Source: Piromyces finnis finn (Eukaryota > Fungi > Neocallimastigomycota). From it: a DNA stretch of 64,000 nucleotides. Below, piece after piece: positions 25,545-38,723 of this stretch (position 1 is its first letter; every line of letters begins with the position of its first letter). The notes under the pieces were generated by a model that was not told the origin of the DNA, made no database searches, and saw nothing but the letters and a program-made list of their open reading frames with translations. The translations under genes were made by a program, and so were the position numbers. The stretch covers positions 169,646 to 233,645 of the forward strand of contig MCFH01000072.1 of NCBI GenBank assembly GCA_002104945.1, written 5' to 3'.

Positions 25545-27438
25545 ATGACTTATCGCTTACCTCAACGTTTTGAAGATGAAAAACCAAAAAACATAATGCC
25601 ACTCGGTCCTCCAACCGGATTTCAATATCACGGTTATGATACTGCATACGGAAGTATGGGTGATTCCGCAGAAGATGCTGTTCGCGGAACTAATGACTCA
25701 GCTGTTGAAAGTAGATGGTAGAATTATCAATAAATATCTTTATTAATATTAGTATTATTTATACATTAAATTTTAAATTTTAATAATAGTTCAGCAGTCA
25801 ATCTTGGATACTTTAAAGATGAATTTGTAAAATTCTTTACCAGAAGAACTGAAAGAAGACCTCCAATTATCAATAGAGGTATATACAATATATGGCATGT
25901 TTAGTTATATATTAATATATAATTTTTTTTTTTTTTTTTTTTGAATTGTTAAAAAGATATTATATTTAATAATTTATTTTTTATATCATTAAATTTTATT
26001 TTATTTATTACTATTTTATTAATTTATATATAATATTTTAAAATATTTTGAAAGGTTCATATGCAAGATTTATGGGTTTTGATATTTTCATTAATAAATT
26101 CCTTGAAGCTGGGGATATGAAAAAGCAAATTGTTGTATTGGGTGCTGGTTCTGATACCAAATATTTTAATTTAAAGGTAAATAAAAAAAATATTTATAAT
26201 ACTAAAAAAATAATGAATATTTATAATAATATTCTTTTTTTTAAAAAAAAAAAAGAAAGAAAATAAGCAACCATATAAATTTTTTGAAATAGATTTTCCT
26301 CAAATTACTTTCAAAAAAATTCAAACAATTAAGCGCAGCAAACAAATAAGTGGTTTAATTGGCGATTTTGAAATCAGTAAATATACATTACTTGCTTTAT
26401 TAATAATGTATTTTTTTATATTTTATAGTGTAAAATAACATTTAAATATTTTTTATATTCAAAAAAAAAAAAAAAAAAAAAAAAAAAGATATAGGACATA
26501 CTGAACTTTATGGCCAAGATTATTATATTATTAGTGAAGATTTAAAGAACTTTACTACAAAAATTGTTCCAAAACTTGAAGAACATGGATTTGACAAAAA
26601 GTAATAAATTAATTTTAAAATTTATTTAATTGCAATTGCATTGTTATCATTATATAAAATAAGTAGTAAAATTTAATATTTTCAAAAAAATATTTTTTTA
26701 AATAAAAATTAAGTCTTCCAACCATGTTTCTCTCTGAATGTGTTATGATTTATATGGATCCAGAACATTCCGATGCCATTGTACAATGGATTAGTGAAAA
26801 TGTCCCAACATCATTAATAATGGCATATGAACAAATTTTACCAAATGATGCATTTGGACAAATGATGATTAAAAACTTAAAGGTAAAATTTAAAATATAT
26901 GTATTTTTACTAAAATAATTAATCATAGAAATATTAATAATATTATTATTGTTCTACCAAAACTTATTTATAAAATCCTTTAGGCAAGAAACATTGAATT
27001 AAAAGGTATTGATGCTTATCCTGACCTTGAAGACCAAAAAAATAGATATCTTAGTCGTGGTTGGGATCAAGCTTTTGCTATAAATATCAATTATTTCTTC
27101 AACAGCCATATTGATCCTTCAGAATATCATAGGTACTTAATAATAAGAATATTTAACCTTTATTCTATACAATGATTTTTTATTAATAATATTTATTTAT
27201 AAAAATTAAAAATATCCTATATAAAAATAGACAAATGTTAATTGAAATTTTTGATGAAATTGAAGAATGGAAACTCATTGCCCAACACTATTGCTTTGCT
27301 TGGGCATTTAATATGAAAAATGAAGATTATAAATTTATCTTTGATGATATAAAATTCCCAACTTACAGTTTATCAATTCCAAAACACGCATTACCAAAGA
27401 AAATAAGTTCAAATGACAAAATGGATGTAGATAATTAA
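25545..27438 (+). CDS. PPM1: Leucine carboxyl methyltransferase 1 (PP2A methyltransferase), 8 exons
   Basis: DAVRGTNDSA, LGYFKDEF, RRPPIINRGSYAR, QIVVLGAGSDT, FEIDFP, FLSECVMIYM, YEQILPNDAFGQMMIKNL, FDEIEEW...HYC. Confidence 0.95.
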
Positions 27439-28154
27439 ACTTTTTAAAATGAAATAATAATAACATTTAAATTTTAAACATAAATAACAGCAAATTAAAA
27501 TAATAAATAAATATATCACACATAATTTTAAAAAAATTACCAATTTTCCATTATTTAATTATTTTATATTTTTCCTTTTTTTTATTTTTATTTATTTTTA
27601 AATTAAATATTAATACTCATATTTCAAGTAAAAATTTATATAGATTTTATAAACTATATTAAATTCTATTAATTTTCACTTTCGTTTCTTTTTTATAAAA
27701 TTTCTGAAATCTGGTATGAGCAATAATATCAATCAATAAATTCCCAAGTTGTTGTTGCGTTAAAAGAATAAATCGTCTATTATGCCCAGCTTAGATTTCA
27801 AGTTTAATCTTAGACTCAAGGTAGAGGTTAAAATGAATAGTAGAAATTAACATTTCACCTACAATATTGGTCTGTAATTTTTTTAATACTTTCATTAAAA
27901 ACAATTAACACATTTTTATAATACTTTAATTGTTTTTAATTTATATTTTATTTTTTCTTATTTTTTCGATTCTACTTTTTTAATAGAGAAGAAAAAAAAA
28001 TTTTTACTTAAATCTTTTTATTTATATAAATGCTTATAAGTTTATCCAATCAATTAACAGTAATTATTTTAAATTTAATTTATAATATTTTAATATATCT
28101 TTATTTAATTATTTGCAGATAGAAAATGTAATGTACATTATTTTAAAAATTACA

Positions 28155-30878
28155 TTAATTTAATTTATTAATAATTTCTTTGGCTTCTAGATAAAGTTCT
28201 CTATACCTAACAGATTTATTTCCTTTTTTTAATCTTATCCTTTTCAACTGAGCTTCATCTTTACTCCTAAGTAAAATTTCATCTTCTTCTTTAGACCATA
28301 TCCATTCCTTTAATTTAGTATCCACTATTTCATCAGAACTATGATGTTTTGTTTTTAATAATGCTTTTGTAACTGGAAGAGAGCCATTACATTGATGTAG
28401 TGATTCATATAATTCCTGTTTAGTTACATTAGTTTCTTTACATAGTAAAAGACATTGTTTTATATATATTTTTTTGTGCTGCTTCGACACTTTTGGAAGA
28501 TGAATGAAATTTCTAGAATGCTCAATATTTCTTGAAAGATAATTATCATATTCTAAGCTACTAGAAGATATAGGTATTTCAATATCTCTATTATTTGTAA
28601 AGAAATCAGAATAATTAAAATAAATGTTTTCCTCAACTGATCGTAAATATCTATTATCTTTATAATTATTTTTATAACTTTCATCTATATTATTTGCACT
28701 TATGGGTATATTTTGATTGCTATTATTATCACTATTAACAATAGCATCATCATTATTTTTATTAGTAGTAACAATAGAATTGTATATTAATGAACTTAAA
28801 TATTTTCCTGCTCCTTTATTTGGGCTTTCTTGACTAAAGAATTGATTATCATTAAAATTTATTATTGAATTTCTCAAATTACCTAAGCTATTTATTTCTC
28901 TTGTATTTATATTTAAATTATTATTATTATTATTATTATACTTATTATTATTGTTATTGTTATTGTTATTATTATTATTTGATAATGTATGTTTAGCATT
29001 TAAATCATTCAATAATTTTTCTATTTTATTAATATTTGGTCTATTTTTTGTACTTTCACTTGTTGATGCATTTGTACTTTCATTATTATTGTCATGTATA
29101 TTAGAATTATCATTAATTTTTTTATGATTATTTGTAATAATATTTCCTGCGGCAGATACAGTTGTTATGTTTTCATTACTTCTAGTTTCTTTTATTTTAG
29201 CTTCATCTCCTTGCATCTTTTTATTTTTAAGATTTTGTATGTTTTTTTTGTTAAAATAATTACTTAAATATGATTGAAGTTCTTCATCATCATCATCATC
29301 ATCTGAAGATCGGATTTCTGAGTTATTATTTATATTGCTATTTGATTTACTAATATCTTGGCCATTTATATTATCAAAAACTGGATTATTTTCATTATGA
29401 AGTTGACCATTACTTTCAGGAGAACTTTGATTATGAACTTTTTGAATAATATTATTATATTTCATATTATCCTTTTCTTTTTCTATTAATTTTTTCCTTA
29501 TTTCTCTATTATTTTCTTCATTTACAATGGAATTATTAACCAATAAACTATTATTTAAAGTATTTCTTTCATTATTTCGTTCATTATCCTTTTTATTATC
29601 ATTATTCTCTTTAATAAGATTACTTGATGAACTTGAAGAAGATAATTGGTTTTTCTGTAAAATAGTTGATTCTTCTCTCTGTGAATTTAAACTATCCTTT
29701 TCACCCTCAATATGTTTATTTGAACGTTTCTTCTTTATAAACAATCTTCTTTCTTGGATAATTTGTGGCATTATACTGTCTATCAATTTAAAAAAAATAA
29801 AATATAATTAAATTAATAAATAACACAAAACACATTATTGTTTATTATAATTTTATTAATAAAATATTAACCTTCTGATGTTTCATTATCACTACTGATA
29901 TCATTATAAAATAATTTTCTTCTATCTTTAGATTTCGATGTTTTTTTATTATTTAATTTAACATTTACTTCATCGTTAATTTCATTATCTCTAATAATGG
30001 AATCATTACTCTTTTTCTTTGAATTTTCATCTTCACTTAAACTGTAATTATTTATATTTCTATTGCTTTCCGTATCAGAGGGGAATTCCATATTTATATC
30101 ATTAATTACATCAATTCTTTCATCTATATTATTATTATTGTTGTTGTTGTTATTGTTGTTGTTACTGGAATCACTATCACTTTGTTTGCTATTGTTAATA
30201 GTATTTTCTAAACTATCTTTATTTTTATTATTTATATTTGATTCTGTTTGTTCTTTTTCATTTATATTACTTTGAACAAAACTTAATGGAATTATTCTAT
30301 TTTGTAATTCTGAGGATTTATTAATTATACTATGGTTGTTGATATTATTGGTATTATTAATATTATCATCGAAATTCTCATGATTTATATCATCACTAGG
30401 TCTTTTATTACTTTCTGGATAATATATATAAATATTAAAAAAATGATAAATATTAATCTAATTATTTTATATAACACTGTAAAAATTAAAAAATATAATT
30501 ATCTATTTATTACTTTATTTTATAATAATTTACCATTAACATTTGTGTAATTTTTATTTTTTTCATTTTTATGCTTATCACTATAATAATAAGTTGGCCA
30601 TTTTCCTGTTTCTAAAGCTGGTCCTACAACTTTTATATACCTTTCTCTCCATGACTGCCATGTATGATGAGGATACTTTTAATTCAATTTAATAAATGTT
30701 AATATTTATTCAATTTTGTAATTTAAATTTCAAAATTACTAATTATAATTAATTTAATACTTTTAATTCCATTTCTTTATATATAGCTTTTCCTTTTGGA
30801 TATAAGCAATCTTTTATATATGAAGCTAATAAATTATCATCTTCTTTCGTATATTCGGTTCTTTTATAATTATTTAAT

Positions 30879-30918
<40 letters not shown>

Positions 30919-31522
30919 TCAGAATAAATTTTCCCATTATTACTGTAAAAGTAATCTAATTGATTCCATTTATATAATATTTATAAATTTCAAATTAAAT
31001 CCTAATAGAATAAATAATTTTATGAAATTATTCCTTATTGTATTATAATTATAATAACCTTGATTTTTTTTGTCTTTGAGATATAGCTTCCTTAACTTCG
31101 ACAGTCTGTGTGGATTTTGGAATTTCAATTTTATATTTGCTTAATTCCTGTAATTCATTATAAAAGTATGAGTCAATAATAATTTCCTGGGAATAAACAT
31201 TTTGATAGTTTGAAGAAATTGATTTGCTATAAATTATTATATCGGCATTGTCACTATCAGTTATTTGACCACCACCTTCCTATTTAAATAATTTATTATA
31301 ATACAATTATAATTATTATTAAAAATAAAATACAGAAAGATATTAAAACAAGTTTTATATTCACACAAATTTAAAAATCATATATATATATATATTAATA
31401 TTATTTATAACATTTACTAATATCTTTTGTTGGAAAAAAATTGATTGTGGTTCATTTGGTAAGTAAAATTTTAATGGTTTGTTGTTCCTATAAAATAATT
31501 TGTTGCTTACTCTTCTTTCCAT
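28155..31522 (-). CDS. TERF2IP: Telomere/shelterin protein Rap1 (BRCT - single Myb - long N-rich linker - Rap1 C-terminal domain), 6 exons, about 920 aa
   Basis: BRCT start LFYRNNKPLKFYL...EGGGQI; Myb RTEYTKEDDNLL...KGKAIYKEM...HHTWQSWRERYIK; RCT WIWSKEEDEILL...KKGNKSVRYRELYL. The exons not shown in the ORF track were reconstructed by hand. Confidence 0.85.
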
Positions 31523-32184
31523 TAATATTTCCGATATTAAATAAAAAGTAAAATAAAAAGTATTATTCTTATTTATTTAAGTTTATTTTAAATAACTATT
31601 ATTATTATTATATGTATATATATATATATTGTTTAATTATGTATAAAATAAATTTAAAATTTATAACAATTATGTTTAGAAATAAAAAAAAAAAATAAAT
31701 AAATAAATAAATGAATGAATAAAAAATAAATAAATAAAAAATGTAAAAAAAAAAAAAAAAAAATTAAAAAAAAGTATATTATTTACATTTACAAATTATA
31801 TATATATATATATAATTACAAATATATAGAGTATTATAATAGTTTTTTCAATATTTTTGATTTAGTACCAAAACTACGAAAATTGTTTAGTACATAGACT
31901 CTTTAATATTAAATAAAATAATTATTTTATTATAATATTTTATTATCTAACAATTATTATTTATTATTATTTATTACTATTTCTACTACATTATTATTAT
32001 TTTAACCTTTCTTAAATACTATCTATAAATATTATTGTTAGTTTCCTTTTACCCTATTGTTATTATATATATAAAAAATTCGACTTTATTATTATTAAAG
32101 TTTTTTGTTGTATCTGTTTTATTTTTGTTATGCATAAGTATATAAATATGTATTATTAAAATATTTTTATTATATAGCTTAATC

Positions 32185-32999
32185 TTATAAATTATCTTTG
32201 TAACGATTAAAACGATAGTCTCCAAGTCCTGCGCAATTTTGAGAAAAAGATGAAAACTCAGTATTATTATTAATAACCCAAACTAAATCATATCTATTTT
32301 TTGGATATTTCGGTGCTATACGGTAGTTCATTCCGAAATATATTAAAAATTTACGCATATCTTCATGGTTCCATGAAATTAAAACAGGGTCAATATCTAA
32401 TGGTAATTCACTAATATCTTTTGCAAGTGCTTTGACTTCAGATGCATGAAAATGATTATCTATAGTTAAATTTAATGCTCTAGCTAATGGTGCAACTGTC
32501 TGAATTTGACGACGAGAATCAGGAAGATTTTCATCTTCTTTTTTATGGTTAGCAGCTTTTTGAGCATATATCTTTTTTGGTGCTAAAGTCTTATTATTTT
32601 TAAACAAGTCACTTATGCACTCAGCTCTTAACCATCCTCTTTCTGATAAATCCTATATAAATATATTTTATATTAAATAAATTTTAAAATTTCAATCAAA
32701 ATTCATTTTAATATCTATAATAATTTTTGATATATCTAAAATCAAAACAAATTATTTTTTACATTTCTAAATTAACTAATTTTATTTATTATCATTTAAA
32801 TTTGAATTTAGAATCTTATAACAAGTACTAGATAATATATTAAAAAACTTACATTTCCAGATAAAGGTTTTTCAGCATGTCTTATTAATATTACTCGTCT
32901 ATTAGTGAAAAAAGTTATATTAGATTTAGAGAGGACTGTTTGAAATAAACATATTAATACTATAAAAAAAAGGAGTAAAGGAATTTTTTTAAATGGCAT
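32185..32999 (-). CDS. Secreted histidine-phosphatase (phosphoglycerate mutase-like) superfamily protein, 2 exons
   Basis: Signal peptide MPFKKIPLLLFFIVLICLFQTVLS; RHAEKP catalytic motif; DLSERGWLRAEC; SRRQIQTVAPLA; LISWNH. Confidence 0.85.
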
Positions 33000-34177
33000 T
33001 TGATTTGTTTTATTTGTCAATATAAATTAGGATTAAAATCTTTATTGATTGAAATTTTAAATATTGATTTTTGTAGTTTCTTCAATAACTGAGATTTCTA
33101 AATGATTAAGGTATAATTTTTAATTAGATTATTTTTTAATTATTGTTGCTAAAATTGTTGTTGTTTTTTATTATTAATTTAGCAAATATATAAATAAATG
33201 TTATATATAATTAATAATTAAAATTAATAATTTATTTACTCTATATAATAAATTTTATTAAAAAGAAAGAAAACAAATAATATGGTTTGATATTTGATAT
33301 ATTGTTTATTAAGTTTTTCTCTTTTTTAATTTTAGTTATTTAAATAAAAATGAAATTTATTATAGTAAATATAAAAATGAAATTTTTATTTTGTTTTTGC
33401 TTTACTTTTAATATAATGTTACTTTATTGTTTAGTTTTTATAATTGTTAATTTGAATCCATATATATTTTATATAATAATAAAATCATATTTTATATGTT
33501 TTTTTTTAATTATATTCAAATATGAAAATTTTTTTCTTCTTTTTTTATTTTGTTTTCTTTTAACAATTCGTTTCTATATTAATAGAAACGTTTATTTCAT
33601 AACTTGAAATGATGTAGTACTTTTAACTTTTTATTTTTTAAGAATATTTTTACATTTATACATATTCCAAATTAAATAAAAGTAAATTTATACAGAATAT
33701 AATATTTAAACTTTATTCAATAATAAAAATTGTGATAATTAAAAAAATAAAAAAGATAAAAAAAAATTTATACATTTTATATAATTAATAATTAACAATC
33801 TTTCGAAAATTTAAAAGTAATAATATTAATATACTTATAAAATCATGTTGTATCATGATCACTATTATCATTGAAATACGATTTTTGAAATTAAGACTTC
33901 TTTAAATTGATTTTAATATATGTTTAATAATATTTATTAAAAAATATTTCTTTGTTTAAAATTATAAATTACAATTAATATAATTATATAATTATATATT
34001 AATAATATTAACTATAAAAAAATAATATATAATATAAATGTGCTTAATTAATACATGAATAAATAAAAAGATATTTTGCATGTGTATGTGCATATATGTA
34101 TGATGCTTATTTTTTTTTTTTTTTTGTATTTTTAATATAAAATATATAAAAAATTCATTGATTCAAATTAATGGATA

Positions 34178-36192
34178 TCAATAAAATTTTAAAATAAATA
34201 TTAATACCAATGATATTACAAGCATTGCATTTGTTAACTTTAGAGAATGACTGAATATTGACTTTTATGTACATAATTATATAAATATATAAATATAGAT
34301 TGATTAATATTATATTTTTAAAAAATAAATATATATATATATATTTAGCCTACATTTGAATCATTAGTATTTCTTCTAACATAAACTTTTTTATATTGAA
34401 CTGTACAAATACATTGGTTAAATGGACAACAAGACTGAGCATCTTTTGATGATGATAAATATTTATATGACTTTATAATTATCATAATATTAAGTATTTA
34501 TTATTTTAGTATTATTAAATGTTTTTCAATAATAGACATTTATTATATTGTTTTAAATGTCCTTATAATATTTTATCATAAAAAAAAAAAAAAAAAAAAA
34601 AAATTAAATACAACTTACAGGTTCAAAATAAATATTTCTAATTTTCATCCAACTAGTATCAGAACTTCCATTACATATATCTAGACGATCATATAATTTG
34701 TCATACATAATATCTTTAAACTCTACTTCAATTGTACTCCATTCATCCTAGAGATTTTTTTTTTTTTATATTTTTGATTTATGATTATTTTTTTTTTAAT
34801 ATATATATATATTAATTCAGAAATTACTAAATATTTTTTACAAAAAAAAAAAATAATATTAAATTTATTATGTATACTTATGTATATAATAATACCTCAT
34901 TAAATACAAAATCTTGACCTTCCTCAGTTTTGTTCCAGAATGTTAATAATTTCAATTCACCTTCAATTTCCATACCAGTATATAATTTAAAATCCTGTGG
35001 AGCCTATATATATTATCAAATATATATTAGCAAATAAGTTTATTAAATATGCTAATAAATAGAAATTTGATTTTTAATTAAATTCATTATATATGATAAA
35101 TAGTAAAGATTTATATTATATTTTTTTTTCCTTCTAATACCTTTATTTCAAATCTAAAGGATGCCCATGGACCAACATAAGGGTCTTTCAAATCAATAGA
35201 CAAACATCCAGTTGGATTTACAAATTTGTACATAATATTATTTATAAATGTTGAATTTTTGAGACAATAAAAAGACCAGTCATTTCCATATAATTTCAAA
35301 TTATCCAAAACAGTTCTTGGAGTAATGTAAATTAAACGAGCCTTTCGCATGTAAAACTTTACACTGTTTTCTGGATCGGGATTACTAAAATTCTACCATT
35401 ATGTATAAATAATATTGTATGAAGATGCAAACAAGAAAATTAAAATAATGTTTTCAAAAATTTAGAATATATTCCATTTCAATTTAAAAATGATTTATTT
35501 ACAATAACTGAATATTCTCCATCCATAGTTTCAGGAAATTTAATAATATATGATGTAAAATTCTTATATTAAATGAATATATAAATAAGGATTAATTAAT
35601 TAACAATTATATTATAAATTTATATATTTATATTTAGTATTCAATGGTTTTACATAATTCTGAATTTCTTCTTCGGTAAATTCTGTTTCATCTACTGATT
35701 TTATTGTTGTATATTTATCAGAGTTTGGTTCTTCTAAATTTATATTTAATTTTCCATTCTTAATTATTTTTGAAATAAATTAGCTATTGACATTTTAAAA
35801 CTTTTATTATATTATTTATTTTCACTAAAATAGATTACCAAAACTATTAAATCAATTTCCATATCTGAATAGTATTCAAATGCTGAAAAAAAGCCAACAT
35901 CACCTGTATTATCATATGCTAATTTAATTCCTGTAGTGCATCCTGGTTTTATTTCAACCATTGCAAATTTATATTTTACTATATCATCTTCCGTTAATTC
36001 TTCTGTGTCATTTGTTGGCGGGATTGGTGAACTTCCAATATCCCATGATACACATTCACTTTCTTTTTCAATTGGAAGTCTATTTAATCTATATGTAGCA
36101 AATGCATCATATCCAAATAAACCCAAATTTGCACTTACATACTTAATTATTACACTTATAAAACTTAATAAATACAATATATTTATATCCAT
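34178..36192 (-). CDS. Secreted, probably GPI-anchored non-catalytic protein with two tandem CBM29-like beta-sandwich modules; 8 exons, about 400 aa
   Basis: Signal peptide; all eight exons join with phase-0 GT-AG introns; module 2 has GNDWSFYC...SFRFEIK...DEWSTIEVEF...YDRLDICNG...MKIRNIYF; hydrophobic C-terminus NDSNSIFSHSLKLTNAMLVISLVLIFILKFY*. The gene model is well supported; the CBM29 call is from remembered motifs. Confidence 0.6.
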
Positions 36193-38723
36193 TGACTATA
36201 ATAGTTTTCAATAAATACTTTTAAATATTATTATTTTATTTTTTTTTTTTGATAATTGTATTTGAATATGAAATACTATTTTATATTTTAAATATGTTAA
36301 TACAATGTTTTTCTTTAAAGAAATTAATTGAACTTTATAAATTAATCATAATATTTATAATATTGTTTATGTATATTAATAAAGTTTTTAAAAATATTAT
36401 ACCCATAAATTCTTTTATTAAATAGTAAAAAATTAGTATGAAATTTCAATTATATTAATATATTATATCTTATTTACTATGTTTTGTATATAAATTATTC
36501 ATTAGAAGTAAGAATCAGAATCACATATTTTCATTAGTAGAAATTTTTACTAATGATACTTTTGTAAAAATAACCTTTTAAAATTAATAACCATTTAGTA
36601 ATATAAAATGAAAACATAAATTCAAAGATATACAACATTATAACATTATATAAGTGATAATTATTAAATACACATTATTCATAAAAGGCATGGAGAAATT
36701 GAATCACCTATAAAGGATTCAAAAAGATGTATCTAATTCAAATGTTGAATTAAAATTCATTATGAATTTTAATTTTATCCATATAACCTTAAATTAGTTT
36801 TTTTTTTTTTTTTTTTGTATAAAAATAAAAAAAAAATAAAATAGCTATCTATATCAATTTATAAATATACAAAAATGATAAACTACTATTAAAAAAATAA
36901 TAATATGAATAAAAAATAGTAATAATTAATATATAAATGCACTTTAAATTAATTTTATTAAATAATAATGTATTATACACTTTTCTTAAACAAATTTATG
37001 TTGAATAAATTTCTTTTTATATATTTAATTTTACATAAATCAATGTTTGATCATATGATTTAGTTAATAAATATAAATATCATGCCATATTAATGTAACA
37101 CAAAGTTGTTTTTTCAACATTAGAGAAATTTCTTATTTATTTATCAAAAAGTATTATTTTGATTTTATATATAGAGTACTTTGAAAAATTGACATTTTTA
37201 GTTAATTACAACTAAATAAAATAAATTATTTAATTAACAGAATAAATTAATAAAAACCTCAAGTATATATTAGTTTTTTAATAATTATATTGAAATATTT
37301 ATTATAATTAAAAAAGAAGCATGCTTATTGTTTTATTATTATTAAAGAATTCTCAATATATTATTCTTTTATTTTTTAATTAAACCATAAAGAAAAAATG
37401 GGATAAACCACATGAACTTAAAAATTATATTAAAACTCAATTATTAAGTAATGCTTAAAGGAATAATAAAAAAAATACACTATTACAACAAATTACAACA
37501 ATACTCCAATAATATAGCACTCATAGTCAAAAGAAAATCTTTAACTCTATTTTTTATTACTTATTAGACATAAAGAAATAATATAAAAAAAAAGTTACAT
37601 TAGAAGTTTTAAATTTATAATATAAATATTGAAAATTCTTTTTTTTTTTACTTTAAAGGTTTTTTATTAAAAACAAAAAAAATAAGATTACTATTTTTGA
37701 TAATATCACGTGATTTAGATAAAGGATTAGTTAATAAATAATTTCTTTATCTCAAGCCATAAATTAATTCTATATTTAAAATATAAATTAAATATTAATT
37801 TTATAATAAATTAATTTTAATACATTGATATATATAGATTTTTTAAATTAATATATTATATAAAATTAAATTTTTTTGAACTTTTATAAATTTATTAAAA
37901 ATTAATAATTGATTTCAATACTTTTTTAATGTAGATGTTTTTTATTTATTTTTAAAAATATAACAGCCATTTGTATTTTTAAAACCAGTTTATATTTATA
38001 GAGAAATATAATAATATTAATTATTATTAGTTTATTATACACCCACATAATTATTTATTGGATTATTAATTTCAAAATTTAATCTAACTTGTTATTTATT
38101 ATTTAAAAATATTTCAATATAGATTTAATATATTAGAATATATTATATCTTATATTTAACATATATTTTTTAAAATATTAAATGTTTTAAATTTTTAAAA
38201 ATATCAAAATTTTAATATATAGAAATTAATTTTATATAAAATAATAAATTGTTAAAATTTTATTCTAGTTTTAGTTGTTGTTTTTTCTTTGTATAAAGAG
38301 ATAGTAAAGAAACAAATATTTATTATTGATAATTAAAGAAAAAAAATTTTTTTTCACTTATTATTTAATAGTAAAATAGTTTATTTAAAAAATAAGAAAT
38401 TTTACCCTGTAAAGCGAATTTTGTTTATATAGCATTGAGAATTAAACAAAATTCGTAATAAAAAAAAAAGCAATTATTTTTAAAATTACCAAAATTTATT
38501 ATACTCTAAAAAGTAAAGGACACTAATTATCAAAATATTTTTAATAAAAAGTACGTAATTGAAGCAATTATTTAAAATATTGTAAATCTAATAGAATATT
38601 TTTTCAAATTTTAATTTAGATAGTAGAAATATACATAAAATACATTCTTTATAATAATACATAGAAAATTCATTATAATAAAGCTATATTCCATATTAAT
38701 TATACTTTTAAGGAATTCAAAAA

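Noticed and set aside
30665-30676. GTATCCTC on the minus strand resembling a U12 GT donor
   Set aside because: It is the acceptor G plus the coding start of YPHHTWQSW in the Myb domain.
30673-30769. 13-bp direct repeat GAATTAAAAGTAT at both ends of a Rap1 intron (possible intron gain by duplication)
   Set aside because: The repeat offset is 84 nt but the intron must be 85 nt to keep the Myb frame, so simple duplication does not explain it; the word is AT-rich.
37706-37715. Palindromic E-box ATCACGTGAT, and TGACTC(A) twice at 45634-45660
   Set aside because: Single short motifs 1 kb or more from any start codon; no comparative support available.
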